Below the pieces are notes generated by a model. It was not told the origin of the DNA. It ran no database searches and saw nothing but the letters and a program-made list of their open reading frames with translations. A DNA stretch of 64,000 bases from a virus: positions 96,001 through 160,000 of IMG/VR virus record IMGVR_UViG_3300047323_000304; one strand, written 5' to 3'. The position numbers and the translations under genes are program-made. Below, in pieces: positions 42,546 through 51,793 of the stretch; within the stretch, counting starts at the first letter, position 1, and the number at the start of each line of letters is the position of its first letter.

Positions 42546-42950
42546 TTAAGCCATAATAAATTCATCTTGTTGAGCCTTTATTAAATCTTCGTGCCACTTA
42601 AGGGCTTCTTCGTATGTATCAAACAACTTTCCATCGTACTTTTCGATATTATCTTCAGTAATTTCCATATCTTTTTCTTTTAATTTTTTGATTATTAAAT
42701 CTCTTTCCCATTGTTTTTTAATTTCTATTGCTTTTAAATCATTTCTAAATTCTACGCAATCATGACCAATATCAAATCTTGCTTGGAACTCATCATCTGT
42801 TATATATGGTCTAAAATCACCACCAAAGGTTAATCCTTTAGAATCTAGCCATTCTTTAAAATCTACTAATAACTTATCTCTATCTATTTTATCTTTGTGA
42901 TTACATATAAATTCACCTTTTATTTTTAATACATCATCTAAATGTGCCAT
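42546..42950 (-). CDS. hypothetical protein
   Basis: ORF on dominant strand. Confidence 0.6.
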   Translation of the reverse strand: MAHLDDVLKIKGEFICNHKDKIDRDKLLVDFKEWLDSKGLTFGGDFRPYITDDEFQARFDIGHDCVEFRNDLKAIEIKKQWERDLIIKKLKEKDMEITEDNIEKYDGKLFDTYEEALKWHEDLIKAQQDEFIMA

Positions 42951-42952
42951 AT

Positions 42953-43282
42953 TTACTCAATTCCTTTCTTCTTTTTAATATCATTAATTAACCATTCTAA
43001 TTTACCATCTGTAATATATCCTTTATCTTTAGATTCCTTATTATACTTATCTATTGTTGTTTTAGCATAACATATATCATCTTCAGTAAGCTCTATTACT
43101 TCCATAATCCCAGCTAATACATTGTCACAGCTTGGACATATAATGTGTTTAATATGTCTACCATAACCATCTCTAGGATTAACCCATGTTGTCAGTTCTC
43201 TTTCTTGTTTAGGATTCTCAAATTTAAAATTCTCTTCATACTTCCCACATTTGGGGCAATAAAATATATTTTTCATTATCAT
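42953..43282 (-). CDS. hypothetical Zn-ribbon protein
   Basis: CPKC...CPSC. Confidence 0.6.
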   Translation of the reverse strand: MIMKNIFYCPKCGKYEENFKFENPKQERELTTWVNPRDGYGRHIKHIICPSCDNVLAGIMEVIELTEDDICYAKTTIDKYNKESKDKGYITDGKLEWLINDIKKKKGIE

Positions 43283-43349
43283 ACATCACCTCTTTTTACT
43301 ATTTATTAAAGTTCTTATAAAAGTCCTCTTTTACCTTATTATCTATAAT

Positions 43350-43568
43350 TTATTTGTTTGTGTCTTTTAATGGAGTAAAACGAATGTCACCATCGGAATT
43401 TCTTAATATCATTTCTTCTATAAATTCACCATTTTCTTTACTTATAACCACTTTTACACTTTTAGCAGTGATATTTGCTTTACTGATATCACTCAAATTA
43501 TTTATTTCTAATCTATTTCTATTTTCGTCATAAAAATTTACATCTACTTTCATTTTATCAATCTCCAT
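43350..43568 (-). CDS. hypothetical protein
   Basis: ORF on dominant strand. Confidence 0.55.
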   Translation of the reverse strand: MEIDKMKVDVNFYDENRNRLEINNLSDISKANITAKSVKVVISKENGEFIEEMILRNSDGDIRFTPLKDTNK

Positions 43569-43832
43569 TCTTTTATTATTTTTATTTTATTTATTACTAA
43601 CTGTTTGCCAAACTTGTCCATTAAATTTAGCTACTATTGGTTTAGATTGTTTTGTATTGCCTAATGTGTAATAAATTTCTACTGTATTTTCATCTATGTA
43701 TACTGGTTCTTCAAAGTGAACCTTTATTGATAATTTACTTGTATCCATCATTCTCACCTCCTTCTATTATAGAATACTTTTTATTTTATCTAATGTCAAT
43801 ACTTTCTTTGGATTATTTTAGTAAATATTTAT

Positions 43833-44240
43833 TTACTTAGTTTGATTATTTATATTTAATAAAAAGATTCTCTCAATTTCTTCTATGTCTTTTTTAAGTT
43901 GTTCATCATCATAAATATCTCCACTATTACATATGTTTATTAAAGGAGCTATGTCTCCTTCTTTATCATTAGTATTTTCATAAAACAAATCTGAATTTAA
44001 TCCATACTCATTTTTAAGCATATCGTCAAATTCTTCAGTTAATTCACATACTTTTCTTGCAGTATTGTTAATTTGTATTAATTTTCTCTTTAATTTTGTG
44101 GGCAATTTCTTTGTTATTATGATATCCACCTTCTTTTTAGTTCCATTATTTGTATCATTAATCTTAATCTTTTTCACACCGAATGACTCTAAAATCCTTA
44201 TAGCAATCTGAACACTCATAAAAGTCATTAGATTCACCAC
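43833..44240 (-). CDS. hypothetical protein (true start probably internal)
   Basis: ORF on dominant strand; 5' end overlaps the upstream ORF. Confidence 0.45.
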   Translation of the reverse strand: MVNLMTFMSVQIAIRILESFGVKKIKINDTNNGTKKKVDIIITKKLPTKLKRKLIQINNTARKVCELTEEFDDMLKNEYGLNSDLFYENTNDKEGDIAPLINICNSGDIYDDEQLKKDIEEIERIFLLNINNQTK

Positions 44241-44349
44241 TGGGTTTCAAATTATATAGTACTTTTCCACAGTAAGGGCAACTATTTTCAGTTTCATCAT
44301 AATACATATAAAAATATCTAATATCCTCCATTAATTTCCCTCCAATCAT
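44164..44349 (-). CDS. small Zn-ribbon protein
   Basis: CPYC...CSDC. Confidence 0.55.
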   Translation of the reverse strand: MIGGKLMEDIRYFYMYYDETENSCPYCGKVLYNLKPSGESNDFYECSDCYKDFRVIRCEKD

Positions 44350-44678
44350 TAATTATCACTCATATGAATCATTCCAGAAATAGTCGCTATAGCTGAATCT
44401 GCATCATATTCTACTTTAAAATCATCCTCACAACCCCAACAAGTAACATGTTTTTTAAAATGTTTATCATTAATATTTATCTCATGTTTTTTACCACAAT
44501 ATGGACAACATACAAAAATTACACCCATACTATTTCCCCCTAAAATTATATTTATTAATATTATACCATAATTTAGGAACTATATACATTTATTTATTGA
44601 TTTTTTGGATTTAAAAACCCAATAAAATTTCCCATTTAAGACATTATGCTATATTTTATTATTAGAGAACTAAGTATA

Positions 44679-45275
44679 TTAATTCTCTTTTGTTTTCTTT
44701 ACATTATAAACAAATTCTAAATAATGCTTTCTACAATAGCCTTTAGCATAATATTTTCTATTACAATTTTCAGTTATGCAACTATTGGCTTTCATATATA
44801 AAGGATCGCTGTATATATGAAACTTTCTATAATGACTTTCACAATATCCATTAGAATATGATTTGTCATTACATTCATCTACTTGACAAACTTTCGGATA
44901 TTGTATCCTTTTTTCTACTTGCGTTACTTCTCCATATCTTTGTATTTGTGCATAATGTCTTTTACAATATCCCTTTGCTATAACCAAATCATTGCAACCA
45001 TCCACCTTACAAATAGAAATATCTTTTAAGCCTAATTTAAGATCCTTTTCTATTTTCAGTTTTCTTTGTGAAGTCCAATGAGACTTACATAAATTTTTAG
45101 CATAAGTAATTTTATCACAGCCATCTACTGAACATATTGTTTTTTCTCTTCCTAATTCTCTTTCTGGAGTCAATCTACCATGACGTATTATTTGGGTATG
45201 GTGTTTACTTCAATATCCATCATTTGTATGCCTTTCTTTATTACAACCTTCAACTTTACATGTATCATTTGTCAT
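44679..45275 (-). pseudogene. Cys/His repeat (C..DGC...GYC..HY) Zn-finger protein with an in-frame TGA at 45210-45212
   Basis: ATG at 45275 with GAGGTG RBS. It reads MTNDTCKVEGC...DGY*SKHH...RLTPERE, continuing in frame into the track ORF. Confidence 0.7.
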
Positions 45276-45334
45276 TTATATCTCACCTCGCAATTATATT
45301 ATTTGCTTAGTGTTTCAATTTTATACATACTATT

Positions 45335-45517
45335 TTATCCTAACTTTTTACCAATATAATAACCTATTACCAAAATTATAATACCCAATACAACCAACTT
45401 AATCATCCTAATTATATAGTATGTCCAAAAATATATCTTAAACATAAATGATGATACTATTCCACATACTATTAATATTAAGAATAATAATAGTGACCCC
45501 TTAATTATGTACTTCAA
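45335..45517 (-). CDS. small two-helix membrane protein
   Basis: Two hydrophobic stretches. Confidence 0.55.
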   Translation of the reverse strand: MKYIIKGSLLLFLILIVCGIVSSFMFKIYFWTYYIIRMIKLVVLGIIILVIGYYIGKKLG

Positions 45518-46040
45518 TTGATTTCTCCTCCTTTTTATCTTTTCTTATAAGCTAATTTAAAGTCACTGGCATAATGTCCTTAAATTAACCCACAATGGGC
45601 ATTAGCATTTGTTTATTATTAATTTTATCACATCTTTCTATGTATTAGTTATTGTTTTGCAATTCGTCCAATCTTTTTAACATATAATCAATCTCTTCTT
45701 GGGTTATAACTGTAGAAGAATAATTTTCTTCATTTGTTTGATCGTTATTTGAAAATATATCTTTAAATTTGTTTTTTATATTGGCTAAAAACATTTTTAT
45801 ATCACCTCCCTTCAATAACTCTTTAAATCCTCAATTTAAATTAAACTTATTCTCTTTATTTTATTATTTTTAATGCTTCTTGAATTTCTATATCAATATA
45901 ATCCGATTGCGTATGTATTCCTGTTAGCTTATTTAATATAATTAGACTTACTGCAAATATTATTACTTTTATCATTAAATTCACCTCTTTATTTTAGTTT
46001 ATTTATAATTAATTTTATATTGTTTCTAAGTTTATTTTTA

Positions 46041-46070
46041 AAGAGTAGACAAAATTATATGTCTACTCTT
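46041..46070. terminator. Hairpin downstream of the peptide gene (probable terminator)
   Basis: AAGAGTAGACA / TGTCTACTCTT, 11-bp perfect inverted repeat. Confidence 0.6.
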
Positions 46071-46089
46071 TCTTTGTCTTATGTATTTA

Positions 46090-46182
46090 TTACCCTCTAG
46101 TTGATGTTCCAGCCATTGCTACAACACTTGATAAAATCATAGTTGCAGTAATGATGAACATAATTAATGTTGCTTTTTTCAT
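46090..46182 (-). CDS. Secreted signalling pre-peptide (AimP/Phr-like), 30 aa; predicted mature GTSTRG; missing from ORF track
   Basis: MKKATLIMFIITATMILSSVVAMAGTSTRG*, with GAGGTG RBS. Basic N-region, hydrophobic H-region and an A-M-A signal peptidase site before the C-terminal hexapeptide. Confidence 0.8.
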   Translation of the reverse strand: MKKATLIMFIITATMILSSVVAMAGTSTRG

Positions 46183-46270
46183 TCGTTTCACCTCTTTCAT
46201 ATATGTATTATTAATATAGAGTTTTTTAATTATATCTATATTAACTTATACATATATGAAAGTGATTTTA

Positions 46271-46927
46271 CTATATAGCTTGTATTATATTACTTTGTTT
46301 TAATAACAATACCTTATTATATAATAATTCATTGACCGTTTTTATTTCTTTTATCAACTCATTAAATTTTTTTTCATATTCAGTATTGTTATTATGTAAA
46401 ATGTCCTCAAGTATCTCAAGGACTATGCTAAAATTTTCTTTTGCTAAATTTAGATCAAACTTTGCTACTAACTTATTTAAATATCCATTATCATTTTTAT
46501 CTTCAATATTTTCATAAATATGATAGCAAAATTCATAACCTTCTATTATTTCTTTTCTCGTCAATTCTTTCTTATGACTTTCAATATAATTAATTAATAC
46601 CCTAGCATATAAACAAGCATTATCCCCTTCTTTATAGCCTATTTCATTATCCATATCATTCTTTAATATTGATGTATAAAATTTTACTTGGCTCATTTCG
46701 TATACTTCTAATCCGTTTTTTCGTCCTATTTCTATCTCTGCTACAATCAAATTATGAAGTATCAATCTTCTTTCTTCTATATAAGTTAACATATCATATT
46801 CACTAAAATACATTTTTTTCAATTTATCTCTTGCCACTTCCACACCTTTATTATCCCAGTCATCAAAAATTTCTCCCAATACTCTTTTTTTTATAGTTTT
46901 CTTTTTTACCATCCTAAATTCACCCAC
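46271..46927 (-). CDS. Putative TPR-like (RRNPP/AimR-like) peptide receptor lacking an obvious HTH
   Basis: Amphipathic helical pattern with Asn/Tyr/Ala periodicity; directly upstream of the pre-peptide gene; fold inferred, not confirmed. Confidence 0.5.
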   Translation of the reverse strand: MGEFRMVKKKTIKKRVLGEIFDDWDNKGVEVARDKLKKMYFSEYDMLTYIEERRLILHNLIVAEIEIGRKNGLEVYEMSQVKFYTSILKNDMDNEIGYKEGDNACLYARVLINYIESHKKELTRKEIIEGYEFCYHIYENIEDKNDNGYLNKLVAKFDLNLAKENFSIVLEILEDILHNNNTEYEKKFNELIKEIKTVNELLYNKVLLLKQSNIIQAI

Positions 46928-46939
46928 TTCATAATTTAT

Positions 46940-47713
46940 TTACATAGCTATTTTTTCCTCTTTCTTTTCATACATTTTATAGTAATCTCTATAATTTAAT
47001 TTATTATCTTCACAAAACTTTTGTAGTGACCATAAAAACGCTTCTCTTTGTTCAAGTAGATTCTTTATTAAACTTTTATTTTTTGCTTTACTTAAAGCCT
47101 TTTCGTATGTGTATATATCATCTAGTATTTCCTCTATATTATCTTGCATATATTTTGGTAATCTCTCTAATGGAGTCTTTGGTTTTAATCTACCATTTTG
47201 TATTCTAATTGCTTGCTCAACTTGCTCCATTATATCCTCAGTCACAGTACCTATTTTATATTTAAATTGTGTTTTTTTATCTATTGGACATAACGTTTCT
47301 GCTAAAATAACTGATTTTTTCTTTAATCCACATTCTTCAAAATTATCTATTTCCACATGTATAGGTAACTTTGATTTACCTAATTGAGACGTAATTGCAC
47401 ATCCACTAATATTTGGACTATATCGGTTGTTTAATTCGTTCGAGGTAACTAAAAAAGGTCTAATTCCACCCTGAATAGAATGTCTTCCTGCTCCCAAATC
47501 AACTTGCCATATTTCATATTGTTTTATTTCTAAAGGTCTATTTACACTTTCCTTATAATTTATTTCCATAGTAACTTGAACTTTATCATTTTCAAGTTTA
47601 TTACTATGTACATTAATTGTCATCTTATCGTTATTTAATTTATTATCCACTTTAACCTCTTGTTCTTTTAACATTTGTAAAGCGTTCATACTTTTTTCAT
47701 TTAAATCTAACAC
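46940..47713 (-). CDS. mazF: MazF/PemK-family endoribonuclease with N- and C-terminal extensions
   Basis: Core EIWQVDLG...QGGIRPFLVTSN...NRYSP...CAITSQ..K.KLPIHVEID...SVILAE...IDK closely tracks B. subtilis MazF. The catalytic Arg and Thr equivalents are retained. Confidence 0.9.
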   Translation of the reverse strand: MLDLNEKSMNALQMLKEQEVKVDNKLNNDKMTINVHSNKLENDKVQVTMEINYKESVNRPLEIKQYEIWQVDLGAGRHSIQGGIRPFLVTSNELNNRYSPNISGCAITSQLGKSKLPIHVEIDNFEECGLKKKSVILAETLCPIDKKTQFKYKIGTVTEDIMEQVEQAIRIQNGRLKPKTPLERLPKYMQDNIEEILDDIYTYEKALSKAKNKSLIKNLLEQREAFLWSLQKFCEDNKLNYRDYYKMYEKKEEKIAM

Positions 47714-47773
47714 AGGTTTACCTCCTATAATTTAACTAGTTATTATTTTTATTTTGTTTCATCTGATAATCTA

Positions 47774-47890
47774 ATATTACCATGTCATTCCATTGTTGTC
47801 AATAACTTTTTAAATTATTTCTTTCATTATTTTTAATTTATTTGTTTCTTCCAATGAGTTAATAATACTATATATGGATTTATAAGTCAA
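47774..47890 (-). promoter_or_regulatory. Sigma-A promoter(s) upstream of mazF, with copies of the AT-rich phage motif
   Basis: TTGACA (47802-47797)-17-TAATAT (47779-47774), a second TTGACT at 47890-47885, and a TAAATTAAAAATAA copy near 47827-47843. Confidence 0.65.
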
Positions 47891-47948
47891 TACTTTTTGT
47901 TAAATATTTTTAATTCTTTTTATTTTATTATACACAGACAAAAAAGAA

Positions 47949-47972
47949 AGGGTTAGATATATTCTAAACCCT
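47949..47972 (-). terminator. Intrinsic terminator after the MrpR-like gene
   Basis: AGGGTTTAGA-loop-TCTAACCCT stem followed by a U-rich tract on the minus strand. Confidence 0.6.
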
Positions 47973-49218
47973 AGTTATTATATAATGTTTCATCTAATTC
48001 TACTATTGTATTATCTTGGGTAGGTGGACTTGCTTCTTTCAATATGACTCCATCTGAATCGACTTTCATACCATCGACTTCTTGTATTTCTTTATTTTCA
48101 AACTTTTCTTCCCCATTAATAAATTCTTGATATCCAATTGCTTCAATAATGTCTTCAACTACCTGTTTTGAAGCTGGATCTTTTAAAGGTTCTAATAATC
48201 TTCTAGCATTATTTCGATATACAATTTTATCTTTAGTTAATGATTGATAAAATTCTACTAAAGCAATCGTAATTTGTGGAGTATGAACTCCTTTAAAATT
48301 TAATTGCACCCATTGAATATCATCAATAGATAATTTTCTTTCTTTTCTCATATCAAGTAAATAATCCATATATCTAGATTTTAATAAATCTCCAATTGCA
48401 ATTCTTGGTACTTCCGCACCTTCACAAGCAAGGTATATTCTTGTATCAATTGTATGTCTACTAATAAGTAAACTACTATCATTTTGATTTTTCTTAGGTT
48501 TCTTTAATACATATCCAAAATCTTCTTCGTCAGTATCTAAACTAAGTTTATATTTATCTATCTGTTTAATAAACCTATCATCCACATCTAATATTCTTGG
48601 AGCTTTACCACTTTCTACAATACTTACTTGTTTCTTTTCATAATTTATATCATCCCATTGTAAACTTCTCATTTCAATTAATTCTTTACCTATTATTCCG
48701 TATCTAGCTAATAATAAAGGTATTGTATGACTTAGCTGTGACGTTTGTTCTATTTTAACTAATAGATTATAAAACTCTCCTAGTCCCCAAACTTTATTAA
48801 TTAATACGTTAACCATACTTTTAGTTGTGCTTTTTCTATCCATAGCTTTCACAGAATTATGTTTTATTTGTTTATTACTGACTCCCCAGTTTTTATATTG
48901 ACTAATGAAATTTATTATTTGATCTTTCATTGCAGGAGAATATTTAAATTTAGTTGCAATAACTTCATCAACTTCTATATTACTAAAAAACATTGCTTCT
49001 TTTCCTAATTGTATTTCATGCTCATTAATATGATTATTATAACATGACCACATGCTTTTTACTGTTACTTCATTATCATACAATTCATTTAAGAATTTAA
49101 GTTTATTGCCTTTTGTTTTATCATAATCTTTTAAAAAGTTTTCATAATCATGTTTTGATTCAGTAGTGAGAATTTTTGAATTATCAAGTTCATCAACAAT
49201 AAAATATTTATTCTTCAT
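47971..49218 (-). CDS. MrpR/YopR-like degenerate tyrosine-recombinase-fold regulator
   Basis: LLLARYGIIGKELIEMRSLQWDDI (box I-like, catalytic Arg absent) and IGDLLKSR (box II-like, H-x-x-R absent); follows a YopQ-like gene as in SPbeta. Confidence 0.6.
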   Translation of the reverse strand: MKNKYFIVDELDNSKILTTESKHDYENFLKDYDKTKGNKLKFLNELYDNEVTVKSMWSCYNNHINEHEIQLGKEAMFFSNIEVDEVIATKFKYSPAMKDQIINFISQYKNWGVSNKQIKHNSVKAMDRKSTTKSMVNVLINKVWGLGEFYNLLVKIEQTSQLSHTIPLLLARYGIIGKELIEMRSLQWDDINYEKKQVSIVESGKAPRILDVDDRFIKQIDKYKLSLDTDEEDFGYVLKKPKKNQNDSSLLISRHTIDTRIYLACEGAEVPRIAIGDLLKSRYMDYLLDMRKERKLSIDDIQWVQLNFKGVHTPQITIALVEFYQSLTKDKIVYRNNARRLLEPLKDPASKQVVEDIIEAIGYQEFINGEEKFENKEIQEVDGMKVDSDGVILKEASPPTQDNTIVELDETLYNN

Positions 49219-50629
49219 TAGAAACCACTTCCTTTGCTATTTTTTCAAAGAAATTATACACATTCTTTACACTAACACCTTTATTAATTAATTTCAATGG
49301 AATTAGTTCTTCTTCAGTTAATGATATTATTTTATTAGAAATTTTCATTAATACATCATCATAATTTTTTAGTTCATGTAGTATATTCGCAACTGCTAAA
49401 TAGCCTATGAAAATGTTAATATCGGCTAAATGTGTTTTATTTATTAAATTATGCATTGTTCCATACTTCATTATAAATGATTCAAACAAATCATCAATTA
49501 CCATTGCCATTTTCCCAGCAGTCATTCGTCTGTTTAATCTGTTGTTAACTTGAATATTAGTACACATTTTTTCTATTGTTTCACTCAAAATAGCTGAATA
49601 AGTTAAATGCCCTTGGTTAGCAAAATAAGATTCATAACTTTTTGATACCTTCTCTTTCAATGTTTCTGATTGTTCAATTAATGCTTCAATAAACATATTG
49701 TAATCACTATTTTCCAATTGACTTAACCAATCTGCTGAAGTGTCTGTTCTTTTAAATATTTGATTTACAATATTCTTACTACCTTGTAAATCTCTTATAG
49801 TTAATTTCAAAGGAAATCCTTTTTTATCAAGTGTTTTGCCCATTTTATAAGCTTCTTCATAAGCTAAAACTCCAGCTAAGGTTCTATGCATACCATCTAA
49901 TGGATTTACTACAGTATAATTATTAGAAGTTCTATCATAGTTTGGCGTAACTTCTACATCACAAATAGTCTCAGTACCATATTTTAGTGTTTCTCTTACT
50001 TGTAAAACATTTTTAGAATTCTCTTGATTTAAAACATTATATATTAACATATCTTCTTCATATGTTCCAGCAATAATAGATTTTGCTATTTCCATTTTAG
50101 CTTTATCATTTATTGAATAAGTTTCAAAGGTTATTTTTTTATCTCCAGTTCCAATAGTTTGATAAACTGGCTCTCTTTGTGCTTCAAAATTATAGATTAA
50201 TAATGTGTTACTATACCAATTATATATGTCAGATATTGGAGCGTAGCCCAAGTAATTATAATCATCAATTTTTATTGCATCTTTTATGAATATAGAATTG
50301 ACTTCTTTTATTTCTTTAACTGCACTATCATATCTAACTAATACGTCATCAGAGAACCATTTGTTAATATCTAATATCTCCATATCAGGAAGTCCATCAT
50401 GTGCTCCATCAACAAAAGCAATTTTTTCATATTCAGATAAGGTTTGCCATTGCTTTTCGCCACCAAATAACGAAGACATTAATCTTATGTTAAGATTCTT
50501 TTCTCTAAATTTCTTAGTAATTGCATCTGAGAGTTTTTTATTTTTATATTGTTCTTTTAATATTTCATTTATAACCTCGAATTGTTTTTCTTCAGGTACT
50601 AAGTCTTTTATATTTTTAATTTCATTCAT
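49208..50629 (-). CDS. YopQ-like protein with a ParB/DndB-type DGxHR motif
   Basis: NPLDGMHRTLA; YNFEAQR; 473 aa; coupled to the MrpR-like gene. Confidence 0.55.
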   Translation of the reverse strand: MNEIKNIKDLVPEEKQFEVINEILKEQYKNKKLSDAITKKFREKNLNIRLMSSLFGGEKQWQTLSEYEKIAFVDGAHDGLPDMEILDINKWFSDDVLVRYDSAVKEIKEVNSIFIKDAIKIDDYNYLGYAPISDIYNWYSNTLLIYNFEAQREPVYQTIGTGDKKITFETYSINDKAKMEIAKSIIAGTYEEDMLIYNVLNQENSKNVLQVRETLKYGTETICDVEVTPNYDRTSNNYTVVNPLDGMHRTLAGVLAYEEAYKMGKTLDKKGFPLKLTIRDLQGSKNIVNQIFKRTDTSADWLSQLENSDYNMFIEALIEQSETLKEKVSKSYESYFANQGHLTYSAILSETIEKMCTNIQVNNRLNRRMTAGKMAMVIDDLFESFIMKYGTMHNLINKTHLADINIFIGYLAVANILHELKNYDDVLMKISNKIISLTEEELIPLKLINKGVSVKNVYNFFEKIAKEVVSNEE

Positions 50630-50754
50630 AATTCTTCACCTCATAATTATATTATTAACTTAATTTATTAAATTATAACACAAAATAAAATTAAACGCAA
50701 TAAAAAAGTAGGAAAATTTACCTCCTACTTAAAATATTTTTATTTATATATATT

Positions 50755-51015
50755 TTATTCACGATACAACACATTATAATCACCATTTGTATATAGGACT
50801 TTAACTGTAATCATATTTTCTATGTAATAAATTTCTTTAATTTCAGACTCATTTAATTCGTTTAGTATTTCATCATAAGGAACATCTCTTCTTATAAATC
50901 CTTTTGAATCAACAACTTTTAAACCTTCAATACTTTGTTTTAGAAAATTGTTTTCAAAATCACTCCTTGTTATTTCTTGTCCTATTTCTTTAAACTCATG
51001 TTTTTGCATCTCCAT
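50755..51015 (-). CDS. hypothetical protein
   Basis: ORF on dominant strand. Confidence 0.55.
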   Translation of the reverse strand: MEMQKHEFKEIGQEITRSDFENNFLKQSIEGLKVVDSKGFIRRDVPYDEILNELNESEIKEIYYIENMITVKVLYTNGDYNVLYRE

Positions 51016-51266
51016 AATATTCTCTCCTCATTTTTTAATATTTGTAATAAATTAAAAATAATCAACTCATTACATTTTCAGTATATAATAAAATAAAAAT
51101 AATATCAATCTATTTTTATATTTATTTTCCATAATTTTAATATGAATAATCATTCTTACCTATCCCGTCTTAATCCGAATATCGGATATTTTAAACTAAA
51201 ATCGGATTCACTTTTTAAATATTGTGTCAAGATTATCCAATATAGTTTAAAATAGAGACAAAGGAG

Positions 51267-51485
51267 TTGAAAATTGCACAAATGGTTAAAATGAAACTAC
51301 ACATGTTGCTTGCTGAACATGGCATCACACAAAAACAACTATCTACTGCTACAGGTATACGACAAGGAACTATAAGTTCATACGCATCAAATAATTTTAA
51401 GCATCTAGTAAGAAATCATATTAATATACTTTGTACATATTTTAACTGTGATGTTTCAGACTTAATACAATTTAAGAAAGATTAA
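51267..51485 (+). CDS. XRE/Cro-C1 HTH transcriptional regulator
   Basis: ITQKQLSTATGIRQGTISSY...LCTYFNCDVSDL; GGAG RBS. Confidence 0.9.
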   Translation: MKIAQMVKMKLHMLLAEHGITQKQLSTATGIRQGTISSYASNNFKHLVRNHINILCTYFNCDVSDLIQFKKD

Positions 51486-51793
51486 AGATTGGATATTTAA
51501 TAGTAATGTCTAGTCTTTTTTATTTTCCATATTTTAGTACGAATGTTTGTTCTGCCTATAGTTATATTCTACTACCAAATGTTTGTTTGGTCAATAGCTT
51601 TTTATCGGTTTTAATGATATTTTTATATTAGCTATTGGTGTTTTAATTTTCATGTTTATATTGTTCAACTCTGATATTCATTATTATACATCTATTATCA
51701 CCTTATAAGAAACACAATGGGTAAAGATTTTCTTTATATTTTTTAAGTTTTCCATATTTTATGTGTTGATTTGACATCCACACGCTTGATATA

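Noticed and set aside
45210-45212. Selenocysteine or genome-wide stop-codon recoding
   Set aside because: A single instance. Other genes read through normally in the standard code, and no convincing SECIS was seen.
46041-46070. Hairpin as an AimR-type operator or aimX locus
   Set aside because: The short spacer and position after the stop codon fit a terminator, and the neighbouring protein lacks an evident DNA-binding domain
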